From contig JAPOYL010000013.1 of assembly GCA_026706595.1 (NCBI GenBank), forward strand, positions 75,705 to 139,704: a stretch of 64,000 nt of DNA, in the 5' to 3' direction. The position numbers and the translations under genes are program-made. The stretch is from Gammaproteobacteria bacterium. Its GTDB lineage: Bacteria; Pseudomonadota; Gammaproteobacteria; UBA4575. The notes below the pieces were generated by a model that saw only the letters and a list, made by a program, of their open reading frames with translations, had not been told where the DNA came from and made no database searches. This document shows positions 11,871 through 19,603 of this stretch, one piece after another (within the stretch, counting starts at the first letter, position 1; each line of letters opens with the position of its first letter).

Positions 11871-13043
11871 CTAGGCGGACTTCTTCTTGCCGAGCGTTTT
11901 GCCCTTGCGAAGGTCTTCCTCTTTTTCGCGGACCAGCGGAATGACCTTCTCACCGAACTGCCGGAGCTCCCAGTCGTAATGCAGGTACCCGGTCAGGATG
12001 ACCTTGATGCCAAGCTGCTTGAGCTCGATGATCCGGTCGGCCACAGATTCCGGTGTGCCAATCAGCCCAGTCTTGAAGCCGTCGTTGTACTGGATCAGGT
12101 CCTCAAAGGTGGAGTTCGTCCACATCCCCTCACCTTCCTTGGAGGAGCGCCCTGCCTGCTTGACGGCTTCCCCGTAATTTTTCACCGCCTTGACATCCGC
12201 ATTCATAATGATGTCCCGAAGTGTCTCGGCCGCCTCTTCCATGGTGTCACGAACGATGCAGAACCCGTTGCATCCGAACTTGACTTCATCCGGGTCCCGG
12301 CCGGATTCAACCGCCGCAGCTTTCGAATCCTCGATGATCTCCCCGAAGCCCTTGTTGGTGTTGCCGTTCATGAACAGCACGTCAGCTACATGTCCCGCCA
12401 TCCTTCTCGCATCCTTGGAGTTGCCTCCCTGGAACACCACGATACGGTGCAGCGGCTTGGGCAGCATGGTCACCCCGTTAATCTGGTAGAAGTCGCCGTA
12501 AAAGGTGAACTTGTCCTGTGTCCACATGCCCTTCAGGATACGGATGAACTCCTCGGACCTGCGGTAACGTTCGGTATGCTCCAGCCAGGGCAAGCCATAC
12601 CCGGTGTACTCTTCCTTGAACCAGCCACTGGCAATGTTGATAGACGTCCTTCCCTGTACACAGCAGTCCAGCGAGGCCTGCATTTTTGCCACGATGGCGG
12701 GATGCCACAGGCCGGGATGACAGGCCGTGATCACTTCCAGGGTCTCAGTGTGCTGCAAGACGGTATTGGCGATCGTGAATGCCTCCAGCTGATGGTCGGC
12801 ACCATAGCCCGACAACCACCGGGTTTGCGCAAGCCCCATTGCGAATCCGGAAGCTTCGGCATCCTGCGCATAGCGGATATTCGCCTCCGACGACCAGTCC
12901 GTCTCCATCGGCAGATTGGTAATGACCTGACCCCCTGAGACATTCGGCAGCCAGTAGGCAAACTCGACCTGGTCCGACTCCACCCACGCCGGGGGCTTCA
13001 GCGGATTTTCAGCGTTTGACAACAGCTTGGGATACTTCGCCAT
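11871..13043 (-). CDS. LLM-class (luciferase-like) flavin-dependent monooxygenase, SfnG-like
   Basis: 390 aa. N-terminal FAYWLPNVSGGQV motif, and overall resemblance to the FMNH2-dependent sulfone/alkanesulfonate monooxygenase group. Substrate not inferable. Confidence 0.7.
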   Translation of the reverse strand: MAKYPKLLSNAENPLKPPAWVESDQVEFAYWLPNVSGGQVITNLPMETDWSSEANIRYAQDAEASGFAMGLAQTRWLSGYGADHQLEAFTIANTVLQHTETLEVITACHPGLWHPAIVAKMQASLDCCVQGRTSINIASGWFKEEYTGYGLPWLEHTERYRRSEEFIRILKGMWTQDKFTFYGDFYQINGVTMLPKPLHRIVVFQGGNSKDARRMAGHVADVLFMNGNTNKGFGEIIEDSKAAAVESGRDPDEVKFGCNGFCIVRDTMEEAAETLRDIIMNADVKAVKNYGEAVKQAGRSSKEGEGMWTNSTFEDLIQYNDGFKTGLIGTPESVADRIIELKQLGIKVILTGYLHYDWELRQFGEKVIPLVREKEEDLRKGKTLGKKKSA

Positions 13044-13207
13044 CTCTCAACTCATAACCGGATGAGTGCACCTGTACAATTGAACGTGTCGGGTGGACTG
13101 ATGTGTGTGCTGTCCTGGAAATCAGAACCGGGTGGCCGGCATCTTCGGCCCGCGACTACTGCAACCCGATTCCGGATGCCGAAGGAAAATCCTGTTTCGC
13201 AATCAAA

Positions 13208-14446
13208 CTATTCCTTCGTGTCCATGGTGATGATGTGGCCCAGTTTCTCCTGCTTGCTCTTCAGGTACTTCTTGCGAAACTGGTTATTGGTATACGACAG
13301 TATGGGAATGCGCCGGACCAGCTTGATGCCGAAATTCTCAATCCAGCTGCACTTGTTCGGGTTGTTGGTCAGCAATTGCACGCGCTCTATGTGCAGTGCA
13401 TGCAATATGTGGGCAGCCACTGAGTGGTCTCTTTCATCGGCATCAAACCCCAGGGCGCGGTTCGCCTGCACCGTATCAAAGCCGCACTCCTGCAGTGAAT
13501 ACGCCTTCAGCTTGTTGACCAGACCGATGCCCCGGCCTTCTTCCCTCATGTAGAGCACCACTCCGCAGTCATGCTCCTGGATTACTTTCATGGCAGTCTG
13601 GATCTGGTCTCCGCAATCACACCGTGCGGAACCGAACACATCGCCGGTCAGACACTCTGAGTGGATCCTCACCAGCACATCGTCATCCTTGTCCCATGAA
13701 CCCTTGACCAGTGCCAAGTGCTCCTTGCCGGTCAGGTTGTCGCGAAAGGCGATCAGTTCGAACTCGCCCCAGCGTGTCGGAAGCTGAACGGTGACCACCC
13801 GCTCTACCCGGGACTCAAAACGAAGCTTGTAGCGGATCAAATCCTTGATCGCGATGATTTTCAAGGAAAACCGCTCGGCGATCTCCATCAGGTCAGGCAG
13901 CCTAGCCATCGAACCATCTTCCTTCAAAACCTCGCACAGCACGCCGGCCTTGCGCATGCCAGCCAGGCTCATCAGGTCAACCGCTGCTTCGGTATGCCCT
14001 TCTCTCTGGAACACTCCACCGCTGACTGCTCTCAGCGGGAAAATATGACCCGGGCGGGTAAAGTCTTCCTGGGTGATGTTCGAGTCTGCAAGGGCCTTCA
14101 CGGTCTTGGCACGATCGGCTGTCGAGATTCCCGTGGTGGTCCCGTGTTTGAAATCCACAGACACGGTAAAGGAGGTCGTGTGCAGTGAATCATTTTCGCC
14201 CTGGGGCACCATCAGCTTCAGGCCGATTTCTTCGGCACGCTCCTCCGTGATCGCAGTACAGATCAGCCCGCGTCCCTCGGTAGCCATGAAGTTGATCATG
14301 TCCGGGGTACATTTGTCGGCAGCCCCAACAAAATCACCCTCGTTCTCACGGTTGTCATCATCCACCACGATGATGACATTCCCGCGCCTCAACTCGACCA
14401 GTGCTTCCGGTATGGTGCTGAAATTGATTGGCTCGCTAGTCGACAT
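13208..14446 (-). CDS. ribBA: Bifunctional 3,4-dihydroxy-2-butanone-4-phosphate synthase / GTP cyclohydrolase II
   Basis: 412 aa. DHBP synthase half (DDDNRENEGDFV) plus cyclohydrolase II zinc motif (HSECLTGDVFGSARCDCG). Confidence 0.95.
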   Translation of the reverse strand: MSTSEPINFSTIPEALVELRRGNVIIVVDDDNRENEGDFVGAADKCTPDMINFMATEGRGLICTAITEERAEEIGLKLMVPQGENDSLHTTSFTVSVDFKHGTTTGISTADRAKTVKALADSNITQEDFTRPGHIFPLRAVSGGVFQREGHTEAAVDLMSLAGMRKAGVLCEVLKEDGSMARLPDLMEIAERFSLKIIAIKDLIRYKLRFESRVERVVTVQLPTRWGEFELIAFRDNLTGKEHLALVKGSWDKDDDVLVRIHSECLTGDVFGSARCDCGDQIQTAMKVIQEHDCGVVLYMREEGRGIGLVNKLKAYSLQECGFDTVQANRALGFDADERDHSVAAHILHALHIERVQLLTNNPNKCSWIENFGIKLVRRIPILSYTNNQFRKKYLKSKQEKLGHIITMDTKE

Positions 14447-15215
14447 GGTCGGTGTCCCTCATGATTTTCCCCCAGACTGTGCATCCAGCATCCGCATCTT
14501 AATCAAATTCCTCTTTACCCGGCCATATCCACTATTCTCCACGGCCAAGCCCCGTGTACGCGCAAACTCACCTGTACATCCGCGGGCGATTATAGCCGTA
14601 TACTTTGTAATATTGTATCAAAAAGGCCGCAGCCCTACGTGCAGACCTGCATCCTGGTGATGCGAGTAGCAGGCTCGAAACTCTCCGGGATTTTCATTGT
14701 AATGATCCTCAATATCTAGTCTGTACCAGACAGGGCCTGTCGACCTGTGCCAGCCCAGCCCCCGGGCTACTTGTGTTTCATCCCACTGCCTGTAATGAAG
14801 TGCTTGGGGTTGGACACCCTGTCAAGATCTACAAACCAGGAAACCCCTTGACCCGGCCCGTCAGGGAAACAGCACAGTGTGTTTCAGGGCCGTACTCGCT
14901 GCCTGACTTCTCGCTATGGCCAAGCCGGTAAAGAGACTTTGTATGTCTGCTGTAAATGATCCCCAGTGACACTGATCACGACTCTCTTTCGTATAAATTC
15001 ATAAAATTTTCACGATATTTTCTGAATACATCACACCAAGATCATAAAGGCCTTGCTACGATGCGCACGGTCACATCAGCATCAACTTTCGCTATGACTT
15101 CAAGGCAGAACTCTAACGCGATCTTCCCATTTTCCCAATCGCGGATCAGCCTAAGCGGCCCTCTCTGGCCACTTACATCTAGTGTGACGGGGTGATTCGT
15201 AATCAGGTGCCGGTT

Positions 15216-16236
15216 ATGGAGAAGAAAAGAGTCATCGTCATTGGTGGAGGAGCAGCAGGACTGAGCGCCACGTGGACACTCAAGAAGCGTGGCCTCGACC
15301 CCATCCTGTTCGAGGCCAGCGACCGCGTGGGTGGACGCCTGGGCGGTGACCGGGTGGACGGTTTCTGTGTGGACGAAGGCGCGGACTTCTTCTGCTCCTC
15401 GTACGACGCGGCCTTTCGCATGTGCGAGGAACTGGGATTGCGTCTGGTTCGCTCGAAGATGAAGCTGGGCTGGTACAGAAACGGCCGGTGGGCTCTGTCG
15501 ACGCCATTCGAGTCTGTGAGTGCCCTCGTCCGAGACCTGCCAGCGCTCAAGACGCTAGGGTTTCTCTCGCCCCGGGACGTCGGGCCGATGCTGAAACTGG
15601 TCAGCGGGATCAGCCGGCAGTCGAAATACCTGAATTTCTCCAGCGAGTGCAGGATCGCCGAGATCGACAAAGGGGAGACATTCGGCGATTATCTGAAGCG
15701 GATCGGCGTGTCCGACTACCTGAAGACCACTCTGGCCGGATTTCTTGAGATGACCATGGGCAATATCGACGACGCCAGCGAAGCGTACATGCGAACCTAT
15801 CTGTTGGAAATGATCTTGAAGGCGGACCAGATCTATGTGCCGGAAAAGGGTGCAGGTGCCCTGTCCCACGCGCTGGCCGGTGCATGCGGAGATGCCATTC
15901 GTGTTTCACACCCTGTCCACCGCGTGGATATCCAGGACGGTGCTGTGGTGAGAGTAGTCACAAACGATGGTCTGATAGAGGCAGACGCTGTTATCTGTGC
16001 CCTTCCCGCCACAAGGGTGGCGGACATCATCCCCGGCCTGCCACCCGGGGTCCGCCGCACACTCGGCAGGATCATCTACTCGCACGGGTGCCGGGTGGTA
16101 ATTGGCCTGGATCATGCGCCCCTTCCCCCTGGTTGGAATGGCGCGTTGTACCCCGAAGACGAGACACCGGTGCTGCTGGACCGGTCCATCAATCTTCCAG
16201 CCATCGCACCACAAGGCAAGAGCACACTCGACCTGC
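15216..16236 (+). pseudogene. FAD-dependent oxidoreductase (amine oxidase / protoporphyrinogen oxidase-like), N-terminal fragment cut by the IS
   Basis: Dinucleotide-binding fold VIVIGGGAAGLSATWTL..FEASDRVGGRL. The frame runs into the IS inverted repeat and stops at 16239-16241. It continues in frame at 18822 once the IS and one TSD copy are removed. Confidence 0.85.
16229..16236. repeat. Target-site duplication, left copy (CGACCTGC)
   Basis: The identical 8-mer lies directly outside both inverted repeats (second copy at 18814-18821). Confidence 0.9.
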
Positions 16237-16257
16237 GGTAGTGTCTCAGTTTGAAAT
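16237..16257. repeat. Terminal inverted repeat (transposase-proximal end)
   Basis: GGTAGTGTCTCAGTTTGAAAT. The exact reverse complement lies at 18793-18813. The transposase stop codon (16246-16248) lies inside it. Confidence 0.92.
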
Positions 16258-17124
16258 GCGTTTCTTGTAAGGCCCGCGCTTTTTGGGCGGCGGGTTCTTC
16301 GCATCGATCAGGTCTATGATGAAGTCTACATCGTGTAGCGTGTCTGTCAAACCGGCTTGCATGGCCGGGGTGACTTTCAGGCTCTTGTGGATGCGGCAGA
16401 AGTTGTAGTGTACGAAGTACAGGGACAACTGGTGGATGTGGTTCTCGATTCTCTTGCTGAACGCATTGGTCAGGCGGGTGAACCGTCTCATGCTCATACG
16501 CATGGTCAGGTTGTGGCGCTCTACATGGCTGGTGGATACGTGCTCCCTGTCGGGATTGCCCGTGATCTTGCGCTTGCGTGCGCCGTTGCACTTCGGCGGG
16601 CTGTAACGATGCTCCTGTTCAGGTGAAGGGCCGTACAGCTTGACCAGTTGCGCGTAGTCCACGTCCGCGCCAAAGGCATCTTCCATCGCTTCCAGATAGG
16701 CCCTGTGGCCGTCCGTGGTGAGCTGCACCCGGTTAGCTAGCCTGGACTTCACATCGTCCAGGAACTCAAGGGCATAGCCACTGTCACGCCCGCCAACCAG
16801 GTAAGAGACCATCAGCTTGGATTCGGGGTCCAGTGCCGTCCAGGTCCATACGTCCCCGGCATCTTTAGGGGCCGCTACAGCCAGGGGCACGTTCTTCTGC
16901 TTGGCGTAGCAGAACGACCATATTTCATCGCACTGGATGCGGCGGGCGTTCACGTCCCGAACCGCCTTGTCGTGGAACTCTGCACAGGCTTCGCCTGCAT
17001 CCACAAGCAGCTTGGTTACGGTGTTGATGGATACGCCGACCGTGCGGCTGATAGAGCGCATGGATGAACCCTCGACCAGAAGGTTCAGAACCATTTTTCG
17101 CTTGTCTCTGGAAAGTCTGTTCAT
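16246..17124 (-). CDS. IS1-family transposase (single ORF, no insA/insB frameshift)
   Basis: HTH ([16 protein letters not shown]). DDE-region motifs [43 protein letters not shown] at 17124 ([10 protein letters not shown]). The track ORF starts at a TTG at 17160. Confidence 0.9.
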   Translation of the reverse strand: MNRLSRDKRKMVLNLLVEGSSMRSISRTVGVSINTVTKLLVDAGEACAEFHDKAVRDVNARRIQCDEIWSFCYAKQKNVPLAVAAPKDAGDVWTWTALDPESKLMVSYLVGGRDSGYALEFLDDVKSRLANRVQLTTDGHRAYLEAMEDAFGADVDYAQLVKLYGPSPEQEHRYSPPKCNGARKRKITGNPDREHVSTSHVERHNLTMRMSMRRFTRLTNAFSKRIENHIHQLSLYFVHYNFCRIHKSLKVTPAMQAGLTDTLHDVDFIIDLIDAKNPPPKKRGPYKKRISN

Positions 17125-17174
17125 GGTTCTAATACTAACCTGAACTAGACTAAATAGCAAGCATTTAGTTCAGT

Positions 17175-18480
17175 TTATGCTACCATCTTACGCTTGATCC
17201 AGCCCTTATCTGTCAGACATGCAAGCAAGTATTCCTGCGACCGCGCACCTTTCACTGAGTTGCAGTGGCCGCATAGCAACTGGAGATTACTGATATGATC
17301 CGTGCCGCCCTTCGCCTTTGGAATGATGTGGTCCACGTGGAAGTGCCGCAGCTCGAAGTGTGTTTCACACCCGTTGCAGTACCCGCCCTGTTCGCCATAC
17401 AGATAGCGCTTATTGCGGGCATCGTTATAACGAATCACTTTGCCCAAGTCCGTGCGCTCCGGCACGTCCGTGCGGTGTACGCCTTCATAAAATGCGCCTA
17501 TCTCGTTCTCCATGCGGTCCTGCACCAGATCGGCTGCCTTGGGTGAGATGTCGATCCCTACCCACTCCCTGTGCTCGATTTCGGCTGCTATGCAGGCTGT
17601 AGCGCAGCCGCAGAACGGATCTAAAACCACGTCTCCCTCATGACTGGATGCCTTGATGATGCGCTGTAGCAACGCCAAAGGCTTCTGGGTGGGATAGCCC
17701 GTGATCTCCGAGCGGTTGCCCGGAAACCAGCCCTGGGACGTGTACAGGTGACTGATATCCATCCAGGTATCGTGCAGTGGCACTCCCGGACTTTCGTCCA
17801 GGTACTGGCGTTTGATCTTGCCGTTCTTCTTTCGGGTTTGATATTTGCGCCCATGCTCGTCCTCGTGACGGAACCATTTGAGATACTTTTCCGAGTAGGG
17901 CAGGTATTGGATGTTGTAGGTGTGCTTCTTGTAGCTGGCTGCATAGGCCAGCAGGGTTTCATGCGCCTTGCCCGGCTTGTACTTGGCGATTGCGCCGGAT
18001 CGGGAACCGATGAACCAGGCCACCTCAGCTACGAAGTTCTTATACCCGAAAATACAGTCCAGCAAGGCTTTCAGATAGTGGCCTGCGGTCGGATCGCAGT
18101 GCAGCCAGATTGTGCCCGTAGGCTTGAGAATCCGGCGCATTTCCATGAGCCTGACCGCCATGGAGATCAGGTAACTCATCATCCCATCGCTATGGACTTC
18201 GCGGGTGCCTTGCAGCAGGGCATACAGGCCGGGGTGCTCGTGCTTGATCTCCCCGTGCCAGGCCAGGTTCACATCATCCAGCGTCCACGTATCCTTGAAC
18301 CACGCGCCCGCAGCCTTGCTGCCGATGGGTGCCGAATATGTCTTGTTCTTACTGTAAGGGGGGTCCAGGTAGATCAGGTCCACTGAGGCACTGTTCATGC
18401 CCCGCATGATGTCTAGGTTATCGCCCGTCCAGATGGTCTGATTGGCCCAATTTGTCGGGGGGGGGGGGGGTAGAGGTCAT
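17175..18480 (-). CDS. DNA N4/N6-methyltransferase (beta-class) fused to a C-terminal HNH endonuclease; the 5' end is out of frame at a C14 tract
   Basis: DPPY motif (LIYLDPPYSK), then the AdoMet motif VLDPFCGCATACIAAE, then HNH (HVDHIIPKAKGGTDHISNLQLLCGHCNSVKG). The uninterrupted ORF is 17175-18407. The same frame upstream reads TNWANQTIWTGDNLDI. The ATG at 18480 is 1 nt out of frame. Confidence 0.85.
18457..18470. repeat. Homopolymeric tract G14 (C14 on the coding strand)
   Basis: Counted directly: 14 consecutive G. It lies between the ATG at 18480 and the conserved methyltransferase N-terminus. Confidence 0.95.
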
Positions 18481-18490
18481 ATCTGGTAGC

Positions 18491-18712
18491 TTACTGCGAC
18501 CAGCGGGCCTCTGCTGCCTTTTTGGCAATCTGTTTGCGCCGGGCCTTGCTCAGGGACTTGGCGCGGGCCTTGCCGCCCGCTACGCCACTGGCATGTCTGC
18601 CAGGGCACTTTAGTTTGTTTTCAGAAAACTCACCTGTCGCAATTTTGGCAACCGTTGTCGCGCATCCGACTACATCTGCTGGCCGCTTTTCACCGTTAGG
18701 GCCTTTAGGCAT
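18491..18712 (-). CDS. Small basic protein (73 aa), first gene of the IS cargo
   Basis: MPKGPNGEKRPADVVGCATTVAKIATGE.., with a Lys/Arg-rich C-terminus ending KARRKQIAKKAAEARWSQ. AGGAG lies 9 nt upstream of the ATG. The stop is 10 nt before the ATG at 18480. Confidence 0.55.
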   Translation of the reverse strand: MPKGPNGEKRPADVVGCATTVAKIATGEFSENKLKCPGRHASGVAGGKARAKSLSKARRKQIAKKAAEARWSQ

Positions 18713-18792
18713 GGGGGTTTCGCTCCTGTGTGTGTCAACCCTTATACTACACTAAACTGTACAACTGGTTTGGAAATTCGATACAAGGTGAG

Positions 18793-18813
18793 ATTTCAAA
18801 CTGAGACACTACC
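18793..18813. repeat. Terminal inverted repeat (cargo-proximal end)
   Basis: ATTTCAAACTGAGACACTACC, the exact reverse complement of 16237-16257. Confidence 0.92.
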
Positions 18814-18821
18814 CGACCTGC
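18814..18821. repeat. Target-site duplication, right copy (CGACCTGC)
   Basis: Identical to 16229-16236. Confidence 0.9.
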
Positions 18822-19171
18822 TGGTCGGTCGCGATCGTGCGAAGGAACTGTTTCCGTTGGACGATGAGGAGATCAAGTGCCGGATGCTTGCCGATGCACG
18901 ACGCAACCCCCCTCCCGGCTCCGCACTCCCCGGCGACGACGAGGGGCTGTTCACGCGTGTTTACCGCTGGCGGGATGCCGTATGCATGATGCCGCCCGGT
19001 ATGTTCAAGGAGGTCGCACAGATGCGCCATCAACTCAGCGGGACAATCAAAAACCTCTTTCTGGCAGGCGATTACATGCGCGTGCCCAGCGTGAATGGCG
19101 CCTTGGCCAGCGGAGTGATTGCGGCCGACGAGGCGGCGAACATGCTGACAGTCCCTGAGTTCACAGACTAG
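18814..19171 (+). pseudogene. FAD-dependent oxidoreductase, C-terminal fragment
   Basis: Reads ..DLLVGRDRAKELFPL..NLFLAGDYMRVPSVNGALASGVIAADEAA, the C-terminal FAD-binding signature of the amine oxidase/PPOX fold. In frame with 15216-16236 after IS removal. Confidence 0.85.
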
Positions 19172-19286
19172 GATCTGTTGAACTGCTCCGTCAGTTTCAT
19201 CCTTCACTGGCGGTGACGATCACAGGGACTGCTGACACTATTAGTGTGGTGCGAGTCGTGGACCACCTGCAGATCGTCGATATCTG

Positions 19287-19316
19287 AAAAAATAAAAGCC
19301 GTCTTTGGACGGCTTT
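19287..19316. terminator. Bidirectional rho-independent terminator
   Basis: Stem AAAGCCGTC / GACGGCTTT (19295-19303, 19308-19316) with loop TTTG. A T-run follows on the minus strand (downstream of tRNA-fMet) and a T-rich run follows on the plus strand. Confidence 0.65.
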
Positions 19317-19327
19317 AAACTTTGATC

Positions 19328-19404
19328 TGGTAGCGGGGGCAGGATTTGAACCTGCGACCTTCGGGTTATGAGCCCGACGAGCTGCCAGACTGCTCCACCC
19401 CGCA
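19328..19404 (-). tRNA. Initiator tRNA-fMet (anticodon CAT)
   Basis: 77 nt ending CCA. Near-identical to E. coli tRNA-fMet by eye. Three G-C pairs close the anticodon stem (GGG-CUCAUAA-CCC). Positions 1:72 are unpaired (U-U). Confidence 0.9.
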
Positions 19405-19480
19405 CCAGGAGGGAGAGTGTACTGATTCAGTAACGGCTTCTCAAGCCAGCGCAACCCAGAAGGAGCTCACACGACCCTGC
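19328..19480. repeat. Direct repeat copy 1 (tRNA plus about 75 bp of its upstream region)
   Basis: Aligns by eye with 22838-22990 with scattered substitutions and one 1-nt indel. The outer end is approximate. Confidence 0.75.
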
Positions 19481-19542
19481 CTCTGATTCAAAAAGGACCT
19501 GCAGGAACACCCTGGGCCTGGCAAGCCTGTTGCCGGACTTCG

Positions 19543-19572
19543 TCTGTAGCGGGGGGCAGGATTTGGACCCGC
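19543..19572. repeat. Partial third copy of the tRNA-fMet 3' end (att-like fragment)
   Basis: TCTGTAGCGGGGGGCAGGATTTGGACCCGC versus TCTGGTAGCGGGGGCAGGATTTGAACCTGC at 19325-19354. It lies exactly where the GC-rich block begins. Confidence 0.7.
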
Positions 19573-19603
19573 CCCCGTGCGCCGGCAGGCGTCGCAGCTC
19601 GGA

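Larger units (their letters stand above)
16237..18813 (-). mobile_element. IS1-family insertion sequence carrying passenger genes (transporter-IS type), 2577 bp
   Basis: Perfect 21-bp terminal inverted repeats, 8-bp TSD, single-ORF IS1-like DDE transposase, plus two cargo ORFs. Inserted inside a FAD-oxidoreductase gene. Confidence 0.9.

Noticed and set aside
14447-14660. FMN (RFN) riboswitch in the ribBA leader
   Set aside because: The conserved RFN sequence blocks are not present on the minus strand when read by eye. An Infernal scan would be decisive.
14956-15195. 79-aa plus-strand ORF upstream of the FAD oxidoreductase
   Set aside because: It has no ribosome-binding site, a Ser/Thr-rich low-information sequence, and runs into the real gene start region.
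19197-19454. 85-aa minus-strand ORF
   Set aside because: It overlaps the tRNA-fMet gene and its terminator, so it is not coding.
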